Notes: generated from the letters alone by a model not told the origin. 64,000 nucleotides of DNA from Eledone cirrhosa (GCA_964016885.1 OZ024764.1:1922001-1986000); one strand, 5' to 3'. Counted from the first letter of the stretch, positions 41,007 through 55,636 are shown. Numbers and translations are program-made.

Positions 41007-41312
41007 ATCTATATTAAAACTTTTATACTCTGCTATGTATTGAGTACCTTACTTACTGTGGTTAGCTCCGATTCAATCCGGAATAACGTATATATATATA
41101 TGTATATATAGTTAGGGAAGCAGAAAATGGCTTATCGTGATCCAGTTCGTGGTTAAGAAAGCCAGTTTCATGGATGGTTTCAACTTTTTTTTTAATTGAG
41201 TTTGAATTATTTTCCCACATCTTACGTTAAATATTTTCCATCTTGACGCTATAGTCACTTATATATTATGAAATACTGTTGGCTTCACGCTCACATTAAT
41301 TTCTCTATTTTC

Positions 41313-41347
<35 letters not shown>

Positions 41348-41681
41348 TAAGGTAATGAATTCTTTTACAATGGAATTAGCTCGAAGGAGGAAAATACCCC
41401 TGAGCCGTGTATAAACTAATATATATGATGAAACACAGATACCAACACATCTGTATATATATTGCAAAAGAAAATTTAGCCAGATTGAAGTATACTAATT
41501 ATTATACTACAGTTTGTCCATATCGATTTAAAATAATAAATTTTCTTTTGCAATATATATACAGATGTGTTGGTATCTGTGTTTCATCATATATATTAGT
41601 TTATATATATATATATATATGACTGTCAATACTGGAATTGAATAATCAAGACCATAGAGGTATGTCATATATCAAATCATA

Positions 41682-41748
41682 TATTTTGTCTGATGAGGAC
41701 GTACTGAAAAAACAACACAGTACCTTTGAAATATATATAATAATGTAT
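41682..41748 (+). ncRNA. Minimal type I hammerhead ribozyme
   Basis: TATTTTGT-CTGATGA-GGACGTACTG...CAGTACCTTT-GAAA-TATATA-TA-ATAATGTA. Confidence 0.72.
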
Positions 41749-41894
41749 ATATTTTGATTAGATTATGAGAATATTTTTCATTTGTTAACATTTTGAATAA
41801 TATTAAAAACTCCAGGAAAACAACTGTTGAGTGCTTCTTATCTATTGTAAAATTGTATTCATTGAATAATCAAGGAACCTTATTAATCTTTGGT

Positions 41895-41926
<32 letters not shown>

Positions 41927-42387
41927 TATATAGGTGAAGGTATGTATATCTCCTCTGATAATTTGTAATATTTTTTTACAAAGATCTTTAACATGATATA
42001 CATACCAACACACATATATCCCAGAAGCGATGGTAAAATGATGAATTTTTCAATATAAGGAACCTGTTCTTTGTTTTTATTTCATTGTTTTTATTATTTT
42101 ATATATATATATATATATAATAACATTGAAATATTGAATGTCTGCATAACTAATACTTTATAGATAGCAGCTGTTTTCAGGTTATGTAACTGTTATTGAA
42201 ACACGTGTCAATAAATTCCTTTTAACTAAACTGTATCCATTTAAATCCTTCTATATATATATATATATATATATATAGTCAAAGTTCTTTCGTCACACAT
42301 TCTGTGACCTCTTTAGTGACTGGGGATTCAATATATAAACAACCATCTGGTTGTGGAACCAACCAACCAACCGGAAATTTATAAATT

Positions 42388-42445
<58 letters not shown>

Positions 42446-42487
42446 AAGATATTAATAAATGGAAACTATATTTATAAAACCATATTT

Positions 42488-42549
42488 ATTTTATTATATA
42501 TATTTCAAGGGCGACCAAGCCAATCTTGGTGCGCTTTCATCAGATAAAA
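42488..42549 (-). ncRNA. Minimal type I hammerhead ribozyme (left arm of a fold-back)
   Basis: Inverted copy of 42610-42671. Confidence 0.72.
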
Positions 42550-42609
42550 TACAAAATTTGTTTTATAAATAACGACATACCCATGGAAATCAACCTTAAC
42601 GATCGGAAA

Positions 42610-42671
42610 TTTTATCTGATGAAAGCGCACCAAGATTGGCTTGGTCGCCCTTGAAATATATATAATAAAAT
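42610..42671 (+). ncRNA. Minimal type I hammerhead ribozyme
   Basis: TTTTAT-CTGATGA-AAGCGCACCAAGATTGGCTTGGTCGCCCTT-GAAA-TATATA-TA-ATAAAA; stem II ACCAAG/CTTGGT. Confidence 0.75.
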
Positions 42672-42807
42672 AAATATGGTTTTATAAATATAGTTTCCAT
42701 TTATTTAATATCATTGAATATTTACTCCAGTAAGCTGTTGAGTGCTCTATATCAGTTATAAACATTTATATTTGTCGGAATTCCAACAAATTAAATATAA
42801 CTTCTAC

Positions 42808-42843
<36 letters not shown>

Positions 42844-43049
42844 ATCTTTGTCTTCTTATGTGCCAGACTGTCTGTCTGTCTACTGACATATGGCCAGCGC
42901 TCTCTCTCCCTCTACACCACACCACAGAGAGACCACACACACCACTTCCCTTCACTAAAGATGCTAAGTGAAGGTGGAAGTGTGGTGGTGGTGGTGGTAG
43001 TTATATTATCTACTTATCTCACTCTCTACATATGCATATATACACACCA

Positions 43050-43088
<39 letters not shown>

Positions 43089-43237
43089 GACGTAAAATAA
43101 GAAAATATTTTCTTATTTTACGTCTTTCATATAATTGTTCTGCATCCTCCTGCATTGAACCACCTAGGTACTATGACATAACTTATGTATTTGCTAGCAT
43201 TAGTGTACATCTGTACGCATATGTTGGTAAATATACT

Positions 43238-43497
<260 letters not shown>

Positions 43498-43786
43498 AAC
43501 AAATGTCCGAAACAACTGAGGTCGTGTAGGTGTCACGACAAAAAAAAAAACACACAGTCCACGCTGTAATGTGGCCGTGTAGGCAACACGGTAAACCCTC
43601 CCAGTCCACACTGTAAATGTGGTTGGTGTTAGGAAGGGCATCCAGACGTAGAAAACCCGCCAGACAGTCCTATACGAGCAAGACAACCACTCTTGCCTCA
43701 AGTGGGAAAACTCCCGTCCAAACCCATGCAAGCGTGGAATATGGACGTTAAACGATGATGATGATGATGATGATATATATATATAT

Positions 43787-44393
43787 GGTGGCTGCCAACT
43801 CGTTTTCGAGTACGGCCACTACTTTATATCCATGTAGGAGAACCCCTACCGATGCGCTGAACGAGTGTGACTTTTTAGTCCAGCCAGCGACTTGAAAACT
43901 CTGGTACAAACACTACACTTGTGACAATTATTGACACATAGTCCTTTGCCCTTGGTACCATGTGACGACAAGTGCAGAGAGATCTCCAGATACAAAGCAA
44001 TGCCTGTGCCGTGAAGCTTTTATAGTGAGCAAAGGCACTGCACAAAGCCAGTCCCACTCTCTTAACCAAGATGATATTTACCAAAAAGAAGAACAAGTCA
44101 ACATCATTGGATACCATCAGGGTTGCAGGTGTTATATCAGAGTTTTCCTTCTCCTAGAATTCTGCCTTGACAAAGGCTAAGGGGTCATCTCTCCCAGTGA
44201 TTTTGGATGGCCATTGACTCTTAAGAGCTCCTTTGCCCTTTGACAGGTTTTGTTTTTAGTCCTGCAGGATGTCCAAAGTCACCCTCCTCACCAAGAAACC
44301 TTGGTGGGGTTGCCAGTTTAGTCGCCAACGACCCGACCATGAGACAGGTTGTACTGGGATACATGTTACCAGTAGCACCAACTGGTCACCTGA
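43787..44393 (-). mobile_element. Short RTE-related non-autonomous element with a possible decayed HDV-like ribozyme at its 5' end
   Basis: Homologous to 31316-31657; HDV-like helix order at 44313-44387 (-). Confidence 0.5.
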
Positions 44394-44431
44394 CATATAC
44401 ATATATATACATATATATATATATATACATA

Positions 44432-45201
44432 CAGGGGTTGGACAAAATAATGGAAACACCTAGCATCATAGCATCATAATTTTGAAATATCTATAAAACT
44501 GTCAAAAGCTTGTTTCTTTTTATTGTTCTCGAGGTGGTCATTAAGCTCTGCAGTAATTTTGGGAGCTGTACTTTTGTGATCCTTTCTAACAATTCACGTA
44601 AGAGTCCGATGGCCCCTATCTGAAAGTTTTGGTTTTCTTCCGGAGTTTTGTTTCGCCGAGGAGGTTTTTCCCTCTTTCTCAAAGGCTGTCATTACTTTCG
44701 AGACACGGTGAATTGGCAGAATTGGTAGAGGGTCGGACGCCATGCTTTGACGCATAGAGTTACGGCCCTTGCCATTCTGAGTTCAAATCCCGCCGAAGTT
44801 AACTTTGCCTTTCATCTTTACGGGGTCGATAAAATAAAGTACCAGTAATCTACTGATATAATTGCTGGCCTTGTGCCAATGGTAGAAACAATTACTTTTG
44901 AAACAGTACTTATTGATACACCAAACATTTCGGGTGTATTTGTTACGCTAGCGCCTGCCATACGGGCACCAACAGTTTGACCTCCTTGAAAGTCCGATAG
45001 ATCTGTCATTTTAATGAATTTTAATTACCTTTTTCTAATAATATCAGAAAAGAAACAGCAATTTTAACAAAACATATTAAGCAACACTAATAATAAATAA
45101 AAAAAAAACTTAAAAATAAACAAGTTTTTGACGGTTTTATAGATATTTCAAAATTATGATGCTATGATGCTAGGTGTTTCCATTATTTTGTCAAACCCCT
45201 G
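44432..45201 (-). mobile_element. Internally deleted Tc1/mariner transposon interrupted by SINE B (44707-44893)
   Basis: TIRs CAGGGGTTGGACAAAATAATGGAAACACCTAGCATCAT with TA flanks; minus-strand N-terminal HTH MTDLSDFQGGQTVGARMAGASVT..MFGVSISTVSKV and SGRKPKLSDR..RTL..IVRKDHKSTAPKITAEL; no DDE domain. Confidence 0.85.
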
Positions 45202-45207
45202 TATGTA

Positions 45208-45790
45208 TCATCATCATCGTCGTCGTTTAACGGCCACATTACAGCGTGGACTGTGTGTTTTTTTGTCGTGACATCTACACGACCTCATTTGTTTCGGGCT
45301 GGATGTTGTGACACCAACATAACTTTACATTGAAAGGGGTGGTGTGGATGGGGTGTGGGTAGTGGGATGGGGGTGTATTTTGTGAGAGGTGCTACTGACT
45401 GTAGTAGGTTTCACTTTGTACTTAGGTAAGGCGGGTCTTCTCTATTACTGTGTAGCGCCAAAGATCTCGGTCCAGTGACATTGTCTTGGAGAGGTGTAAG
45501 TGTGTGAGGTCGGAATTTATCAAGTCGTCCCAGGTTTTTCTGGGTCTGCCTACTCCGTGGCTACCGTCTATCTTTATTGCCCTGCACTTTTTTATACAGC
45601 TGTCGTCATTCATGCGCATCACGTGACCATACCAACGTAGTCTTCTCTCGAGTAAACAACATCTGATCCCTCTTATTTCTAATTTCTCCCTTAGTTCGTT
45701 TATGCTTTGCTGTTCACGTATATTACTATTACACATCCAGCGGAGCATGCAAGCTTCGTTTCTCTCCAGTCTGCGTATATCCTCTGCACA
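45208..45790 (-). mobile_element. RTE LINE 3' fragment
   Basis: CAEDIRRLERNEACMLRWMC...RRLRWYGHVMR...GRPRKTW; same family as 33484-34815. Confidence 0.88.
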
Positions 45791-45984
45791 CGATATATCG
45801 TGCGATAATTCATATCGTACACAATTCATTCTCTAATATTTTTAGAAGTGAAAGGATCACTAATTTCTCAACAACTACTGAGGAGCAGAGAAACGTGAAA
45901 ACTTCACTTAATAAGTGATTGCGAAACAGTCTCCAATACTGTCCAGTTGTTACCAGGCATTTTTGCCCAATATTATTTTTCTTA

Positions 45985-46092
45985 ATCCCGCTGAGGTTAA
46001 CTTTGCCTTTCATCCTTACGGGGTCGATAAAATAAAGTACCAGTAATACACTGGGTAATTGCTGGCCTTGTGCCTAACGTAAAAACAATTAT
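45985..46092 (+). mobile_element. SINE B fragment
   Basis: atcccgctgaggttaactttgcc...aaacaatt. Confidence 0.7.
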
Positions 46093-46251
46093 TTTTCTTA
46101 ATTTAATATTTAAAGTTAAGTATAACAAACCATATTGCTGTAGTTAGTATTTTTTCACCCTAGCAAATTTGGTCCTTATGATTCGAACACATGTATGTTT
46201 ATATTAGTGTTCATCTCTCTTGTTTATTCAATTAGTTATATATATACACAT

Positions 46252-46590
46252 GGGGGCACATGGCTTAGTGGTTAGAGCATTGGGCTTTCAATCGAAAGGT
46301 TGTGAGTTCAATTCTCAGACCGGGTGATATGTTGTTTCCTTGAGCAAGACCCTTTATTTCACATTGCTCCAGTTTACTCAGCTATAGAAATGAGATGATA
46401 GGGACTGGGGTCCCTATCATTCCACTGCAAAGTGGTCGTGGAGGTGCCATGGCAAAAAAGCACCCAGCACTCACTGTAAATGAGGTTGGTGTTAGGAAGG
46501 GCATCCAGCTGTAGAAATCAAGCCAGAATCAGTTCCTGTCCCACCCTTGCAAGCAGGGAAAAGTGGACGTAAAATGATGATGATGATGAT
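46252..46590 (+). mobile_element. SINE family A, full length
   Basis: Same layout as 23107-23443. Confidence 0.85.
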
Positions 46591-46849
46591 ATATATATAT
46601 ATATATATATATATCACACTATCTCTCTAATCCCTTGGTAGTACTGATGGGGAGGGGGGGGATAAAGGGGTTTAATGTTATTGCGGAGGTGGAGGTGTCA
46701 TGGTAGTGATGGTGGTTGTAGTGGTGTTAGGTAATGTTGTGGTGGCTGGAATGTAGAGACGGTGATGTAAATACTAGTTGAGGTGGTGGTGGTGGTGGTG
46801 GTGGTGGTGGAGATAGCTGTTTACTGTTGTCATTTTGTATGGCACTACC

Positions 46850-47195
46850 AGAACTACTACTACCACAACTACTACTACTACAACTACTACTACTACTATT
46901 ACCACTACTACTACTACAACTACTACTACTACTACAACTACTACTACCACAACTACTACTACCACAACTACTACTACTATTACCACAACTACTACTACTA
47001 TTACCACAACTACTACAACTACTACAACTACTACTACCACTACCACTACTACTACCACTACTACTACCACTACTACTACCACTACTACTACTACTACCAC
47101 TACTACTACTACCACTACTACTACTACTATTACTACTGCTACTGTTACTACTACTGCTATTACTACTACTACCACCTCTACTACTACCACTACTG

Positions 47196-47228
<33 letters not shown>

Positions 47229-47270
47229 TAGCTGCTACTGTTACTACTACTACTACTATTACTACTACTA
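46850..47270. repeat. (ACT)n microsatellite
   Basis: Direct reading. Confidence 0.9.
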
Positions 47271-47344
47271 TTTTCCCCTGTCTACCACCACCACTACTAC
47301 TACTACCACTACTACAGCTACAAGATGCAGAGACAAAGAAAACC

Positions 47345-47898
47345 GGGAGACCTCTACATGGTAGCTAGTTCCGTTAGAAATAGCAGCCAAATCTCCCTCA
47401 AATAACACCCTACTGTCTTATGTATGAGGGAGACCTCTACATGGTAGCTAGACCTGGTAGAAATAGCAGCCAAATCTCCCTCAAATCACACCCTACTGTC
47501 TTAAGTATGAGGGAGACTTCTACATGGTAGCTAGACCTGGTAGAAATAGCAGCCAAATCTCCCTTAAATAACACCTTATTGTCTTATGTAAGAGGGAGAC
47601 CTCTACATGGTAGCTAGACCTGGTAGAAATAGCAGCCAAATCTCCCTCAAATAACACTCTACTGTCTTATGTATGAGGGAGACCTCTACATGGTAGCTAG
47701 ACCTGGTAGAAATAGCAGCCAAATCTCCCTCAAATCACACCCTATTGTCTTAAGTATGAGGGAGACCTCTACATGGTAGCTAGACCTGGTAGAAATAGCA
47801 GCCAAATCTCCCTTAAATAACACCCTATTGTCTTATGTAAGAGGGAGACCTCTACATGGTAGCTAGACCTGGTAGAAATAGCAGCCAAATCTCCCTCA
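47345..47898. repeat. 83-bp tandem array, about 6.7 copies
   Basis: gggagacctctacatggtagctagacctggtagaaatagcagccaaatctccctcaaa... at 47345, 47428, 47511 and onward. Confidence 0.9.
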
Positions 47899-48057
47899 TC
47901 ACAACAACCCCTCCAACATCACCAATAACAACACCACCTCCGCCAATAATAATAACATCACCGCCAACAACAACAACAATAACAACAACAACACAGTCTG
48001 TTGGCTGCTTCTTCCAGTATCTCAGATTTTTTCCAGTTGACTGCTAATATCTATTGT

Positions 48058-49375
48058 GAGAGACAGAGGGGGGCCGCAACAGACAGAGTGGGGAGAGAGA
48101 GAGGGGGGGATCGCAACAGACTGAGTGGGGAGAGAGAGAGAGAGGGGGTGTCGCAACAGACTGAGTGGTGTGAGAGGGGGGTCGCAACAGACTGAGTGGG
48201 GAGAGAGAGGGGGGGGGGGTCGCAACAGACTGAGTGGGGAGATAGAGAGGGGGGGGGCGCAACAGACTGAGTGGGGAGAGGAGGGGGAGGGGGGTCGCAA
48301 CAGACTGAGTGGGGAGAGAGAGAGAGAGGGGGTGTCGCAACAGACTGAGTGGTGTGAGAGAGAGAGAGAGAGGGGGGTCGCAACAGACTGAGTGGGGAGA
48401 TAGAGAGGGGGGGGCGCAACAGACTGAGTGGGGAGAGAGACAGAGGGGGGGGTCGCAACAGACTGAGTGGGGAGAGAGAGAGAGGGGGGGTCGCAACAGA
48501 CTGAGTGGAGAGAGAGAGGGGGGGATCGCAACAGACTGATTGGGGAGAGAGAGAGAGGGGGGGTCGCAACAGACTGATTGGGGAGAGAGAGAGAGGGGGG
48601 GTCGCAACAGACTGAGTGGGGAGAGAGAGAGAGAGGGGGGTCGCAACAGACTGAGTGGAGAGAGAGAGGGGGGGATCGCAACAGACTGATTGGGGAGAGA
48701 GAGAGAGGGGGGGATCGCAACAGACTGATTGGGGAGAGAGAGAGAGGGGGGTCGCAGCAGACTGAGTGGGGAGAGAGAGAGAGGGGGTCGCAACAGACTG
48801 AGTGGGGAGAGAGAGAGAGGAGGGTCGCAACAGACTGAGTGGAGAGAGAGAGGGGGGGATCGCAACAGACTGATTGGGGAGAGAGAGAGAGGGGGGGTCG
48901 CAACAGACTGATTGGGGAGAGAGAGAGAGGGGGGGTCGCAACAGACTGAGTGGGGAGAGAGACAGAGGGGGGGGTCGCAACAGACTGAGTGGGGAGAGAG
49001 AGAGAGAGGGGGGTCGCAACAGACTGAGTGGGGAGAGAGAGGGGGGATCGCAACAGACTGAGTGGGGAGAGAGAGAGAGGGGGGTCGCAACAGACTGAGT
49101 GGGGAGAGAGACAGAGGGGGGGTCGCAACAGACTGAGTGGGGAGAGAGACAGAGGGGGGGTCGCAACAGACTGAGTGGGGAGAGAGACAGAGGGGGGGTC
49201 GCAACAGACTCAGTGGGGAGAGAGAGAGGGGAGTCGCAACAGACTGAGTGGGGAGAGGGGGGAGGGGGCCCGCAATAGACTGAGTGGGGAGAGGAGGGTG
49301 GGGGTCGCAACAGACTGAGTGGGGAGAGGAGGGGGATGGGGCCCGCAATAGACTGAGTGGGGAGAGAGAGAAAGA
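48058..49375. repeat. G-rich ~38-42 bp minisatellite
   Basis: tcgcaacagactgagtgggga(ga)n(g)n about 33 times. Confidence 0.9.
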
Positions 49376-49758
49376 GAAAGACACATAGTGTCAGGTAAAC
49401 ACAGACACAGACACGTGGACACAGACACACACATGTATACAGGGTTGGAGACAGAGAGGGGGTGGAAAGCAGAAGGAATTGGAGATGGAGAGAGATAGAG
49501 ACAGTTAGTGAGTGAGAGAGGGAGATACACATACACACACATATATATATATAAATACATACACACACATATATATATAAATACATACATACACACACAC
49601 ACACATAAATATAGATATATAGATATATATATAAATATGTACGTACACAACCGCACATATATACATAAATACATCCACATACACACACATATATATATAA
49701 ATATATGCACACACACATATAGATATATAAATATATGCATACACACACACACACAGAC

Positions 49759-49789
<31 letters not shown>

Positions 49790-50042
49790 TAGAGACATAT
49801 ATAAATACACACACACACACACAAACATATATATATAAATATACACACACACAGACATATATATATATATATATATATATAAACACACACACATATATAT
49901 ATAAATACACACACACATACACACATATATATATAAATACACATACACATATATATATAAATACACACGCATAAATTTATAAATACACACGCACATATAT
50001 AAATATATATATAAATACACACACACATATATATATATAAAT

Positions 50043-50075
<33 letters not shown>

Positions 50076-50197
50076 AATACACACACACACACACATATAT
50101 ATATAAATACACACACATATATATAAACACACACACACAACACATATATATATATATATATATATATAAATACACACACACACACACATATATAAAT

Positions 50198-50228
<31 letters not shown>

Positions 50229-50802
50229 AATACACACACACACACATATATATAAATACACACACACATATAAACACACACACACACATATATATATAAA
50301 TACACACACACATATATATAAATACACACACACACATATAAACACACACACACACACACATATATATAAATACACACACACACACAGAGACACAAGCATA
50401 GGAAGAGTTGGCGACACAGAGACAAAGTGGGGGAGGGAGGCAGATAGCAGAAGCAATTGCATAACCTCAGTACTACTACTACTACCACAACTACCACCAC
50501 TACTACTACTACTACCACAACTACCACCACCACTACAGCTACTACTACTACAGCTACTACTACTACTACTACTGGTGCTGCTACAGACTTAGTATCACAG
50601 TTACTGGTGTTGTCGATAAATTTAAACGGTAAGTCTTATACACAGTCTCTCTCTCTATATATATATGTGTGTATATATGTCTCTGCTGTATGTATGTGTG
50701 TATATATATATATATATATATGTGTGTATATATGTCTCTGCTGTATGTATGTGTGTATATATATATATATGTGTGTATATATGTCTCTGCTGTATGTATG
50801 TG

Positions 50803-50839
<37 letters not shown>

Positions 50840-50868
50840 ATATTTATATGCATGTGTGTGTGGGTATG

Positions 50869-51024
<156 letters not shown>

Positions 51025-51166
51025 TATATGTATATATATGTATATATATGTATATATATGTATATATATGTATATATATATGTTTATATATGTATATATG
51101 TATATATATATACATCATAGTATGTTTTTCCATGCTGGTTGTGGTTGCATAAATTGTGTATGTATG

Positions 51167-51296
<130 letters not shown>

Positions 51297-51308
51297 TATA
51301 TATATATA

Positions 51309-51374
<66 letters not shown>

Positions 51375-51454
51375 TAGGTACCCCAAAACCACTGGATAAT
51401 TTTTATATAAATATATATTGGACACAAATATATATATATCATACATAGACACAC

Positions 51455-51511
<57 letters not shown>

Positions 51512-51634
51512 TCCAGCCATACATCATCATCAACATTTTACGTCTGCTTTTCCCTGCTCGCAAGGGTGAGATGGGTCTTATTCAGCACAGCATCTCTCTA
51601 CTTGTCACAGTCCTTCGTCATATATATATATATA

Positions 51635-51767
51635 TCTCCAAACATATCTTCATATATCTCCAAACATATCTACATATATCTATACATATATATACATATC
51701 TACATATATACATACATATATATATATATATCTACACATATCTACACATATATACATATATCTATCT

Positions 51768-51809
<42 letters not shown>

Positions 51810-52215
51810 CTACACATATCTACACATATCTACACATATCTACATATATCTATACATATATATTTACACATATCTACACATATCTATACATATATATATA
51901 TACACATATCTACACAGATATCTACACACATATCTACACATATCTAAACATATCTACACATATATCTACACACATATCTACACATATCTACACATATCTA
52001 CACATATCTACATATATCTATACATATATATTTACACATATCTACACATATCTACAACATATATCTATACATATTTACACATATCTACACACATATCTAC
52101 ACATATCTACACATATCTACACACATATCTACACACATATCTACACACATATCTACACACATATCTACACATATCTACACATATCTACACACATATGCAC
52201 ATATCTACACACATA
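51635..52215. repeat. (CACATATCTA)n-like repeat
   Basis: Direct reading. Confidence 0.8.
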
Positions 52216-52655
52216 CATACATACAGTACTGCTGCAACTGTTGTTGATGTTGCTGTCATTACATCAGAGTGCATCTGTATAGCGGGAGACTGTCTGTTGT
52301 CTGTCTGTATTTCTAGCTATGTATATATGTGTGTTTATGTATGTGTGTGTGTGTGTGTATATATATATGTGTGTGTGTGTGTGTATATATATATACGTGT
52401 GTGTATATATATATACGTGTGTGTATATATATATATTTATATAACAAAGGAAATGTGGTAAGGAACCAGGTGGACCATAACGCACCAAAGTACTCAATAC
52501 TTAGGGTAGTAGAGTGGGTAATAGGAACAAGTAAGACCCCGACGGCTGAGCTCAAGCCGTTTCGACGGCTAATTCTGGACAGATATATACACACATATAT
52601 ATATATATGTGTGTATATATATTTATATATATGTGTGTATATATATATATATATA

Positions 52656-52696
<41 letters not shown>

Positions 52697-52735
52697 ATAT
52701 ATGTATGTGTCTGTATATATATATATGTGTGTGTG

Positions 52736-52768
<33 letters not shown>

Positions 52769-52860
52769 GTGTGTTGTGTGTATGTATATATATATATATG
52801 TGTGTATATATGTATATGTGTGTGTGTATATATATGTGTGTGTGTATATATATATGTACA

Positions 52861-52907
<47 letters not shown>

Positions 52908-52947
52908 ATATAGACACATATATATATATATATATATAATATATATA

Positions 52948-52987
<40 letters not shown>

Positions 52988-53246
52988 TATATATGGAAGG
53001 AATATATTAGGTTAACGCTTGATATAGCAGGAAGTGGGTCTATATATATATATATATACCATATATATATACCATATATATATACCATACATATATATAT
53101 ATACACAAACACATATATATGTGTGTGTGTATATATATTGGTAACACTCTAAGTATAGATATACAATATTATACATTATACATTCAAATGTTATCTCATT
53201 CTGGGAAAAATGAAAACACTGGGGAAGTAGGGAAGTTTCTTCCCAT

Positions 53247-53325
<79 letters not shown>

Positions 53326-53346
53326 TTATATATATATATGTGTGTG

Positions 53347-53399
<53 letters not shown>

Positions 53400-53818
53400 G
53401 TGTGTGTATATATATATATGTGTGTGTATATATATGTGTGTATATATATGTGTGTGTGTATATATATGTGTATATATATATATATGTGTGTATATATATA
53501 TGTGTGTATATATATATATGTGTATATATATGTGTGTATATATATATATGTGTGTGTGTATATATATGTGTGTATATATATATGTTTGTATATATATATA
53601 TATGTGTATATATATATATATGTATATATATATATGTGTGTATGTATATATATATATGTGTGTATATATATATATATATGTGTGTGTATATATATGTGTG
53701 TATATACATATGTATGAGTGAGATCTAACTAGTATAGACCAGTGAGACCTTTATATGTGAGAATTAGTAGCTATATAGTTCTCTATACACATACATATAT
53801 ATATATATACACACACGC

Positions 53819-53909
<91 letters not shown>

Positions 53910-54327
53910 TACGCATATATATTTGTGGATATGGCTTCCCAATATATATTGGGAGGTGACCGCAGTTAAAAAGGTACTCAATACGTTTGTACTGTAAAGA
54001 TATCTCTATTTTATTGTAGAAATGACTCCTACAGGTCTAGAACTGTTTCATTCTTAAGGAATCAGTATGACAAATTTTCCGGTTGATTACTTATGAATGC
54101 AACAGTTCTAGACCTGTAGAAGTCATTTCTACAATGAAACAAAGATATATGTATATATATATATATATGTATGTATATATATATATATATGTATATATAT
54201 GTATATATAAATATATGTATATATATATATAAATGAAGTAATTCCGTTGGAAAAGTCCAGGAAAAAAGAGTGCTCTATGTAGGTAACAGAGCTTAATAGT
54301 TATGTAATAAACAACATAAGGCAATTA

Positions 54328-54386
54328 TTCCATTTACCAGTGGTTTCTTAAAAGCAAAAAATTTTGCTTTCAATCATCAGATTGAA
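54328..54386 (-). ncRNA. Type I hammerhead ribozyme
   Basis: TTCAAT-CTGATGA-TTGAAAGCAAAATTTTTTGCTTTTAA-GAAA-CCACTGG-TA-AATGGAA; long well-paired stem II; one mismatch in stem I. Confidence 0.7.
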
Positions 54387-54508
54387 AAAATCCTGGTGTA
54401 TTTATTGATATTGGATTCTAAAAACAAAAATGCAATCTATATGAAAGTGAGGCTGGAGAAGGAAGAAGGAAAGGAAATACGCTCTCATCAGATATAATAC
54501 AAACTTTG

Positions 54509-54572
54509 TATTTTATCTGATGAGAGCGTACCAATGTTGTCTTGTTACCCTTGAAATATATATAATAAAATA
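54509..54572 (+). ncRNA. Minimal type I hammerhead ribozyme
   Basis: TATTTTAT-CTGATGA-GAGCGTACCAATGTTGTCTTGTTACCCTT-GAAA-TATATA-TA-ATAAAATA; stem II partly decayed. Confidence 0.65.
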
Positions 54573-54628
54573 AATATGCTTTTATAAATATAGTTTCCAT
54601 TTATTTAATATCATTGTATATATATATA

Positions 54629-54727
54629 CAGGGTGTCCCCAAAAATGTATACACGCTTTGATTACCTGTAAAACCAATATGTATTAGAATGTTTTTGAAT
54701 TGTGTATACATTTTTTGGGACACCTTG
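54629..54727. mobile_element. 99-bp Tc1/mariner-type MITE
   Basis: TIR CAGGGTGTCCCCAAAAATGTATACAC / GTGTATACATTTTTTGGGACACCTTG with TA flanks. Confidence 0.8.
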
Positions 54728-55174
54728 TATATATATATGTTTGTATATGTATATATATATATATGTGTGTGTGTGTATATATGTATGTATATATTTTGCC
54801 ATATGTTATGGCTTTCAAAATTGAATGCATGTGTGTATATATGTATGTATATATTTTGGCATATGTTATGGCTTTCAAAATTGAATGCATGTGTGTGTGT
54901 GTATATATGTATGTATATATTTTGGCATATGTTATGGCTTTCAAAATTGAATGCATGTGTGTGCATGTACATATGTGTGTCTGTATATATATATATGTGT
55001 ATGTGTAAATATATATTAGGTTATACATATATATGTGTGTGTGTGTTGGGTTTTATATATATATATAGTAATAATAAATGTGAAGACTAAAATCCAAAGA
55101 GGGCTCGATAAGGATAAATATATATCAAATATATAAGAACCGTAGAGCAAATATTTATTAAAATAACAGATTAA

Positions 55175-55225
55175 AGTTTAAGCAAAGAATCGCTGCTTTC
55201 ACCCTTAACGGGATCTTCTGAAACT
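55175..55225 (-). ncRNA. Decayed hammerhead (core CAGAAGA)
   Basis: AGTTT-CAGAAGA-TCCC-GTTAA-GGGT-GAAA-GCA..TGC-TT-AAACT; all three stems present, one core mutation. Confidence 0.55.
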
Positions 55226-55383
55226 AAAAAAGTCAATCTGTGAACGCATATATATATATATATACAATATATTAACATGGAAACTATATAAATTATGGTG
55301 CGCTTTCATCAGATAAAATATAATACAGATTAGTTTTATAAATAAATATTGACATACCCTGAAAAACGGTTGGAGCTTACTGG

Positions 55384-55422
<39 letters not shown>

Positions 55423-55636
55423 TTAAAACAAAAAGAATAACGAAGTGTGCAGTACAAAGTGTTAGTATTAGGTTCACACTTGAGAGTGGTGGGGGACGTT
55501 TCGGGCATAAGCCTTTCATCAGGAGAAAAGTGGGAAGGAAAAAGAGTTCCGAGGGTGTGAGGGGAGTGGTGGAAAGACATGAAAAGGTGGGGAAATGAAG
55601 GGAAGGAAAAATAATTAAAAAGAGGGTAAAAAATAC

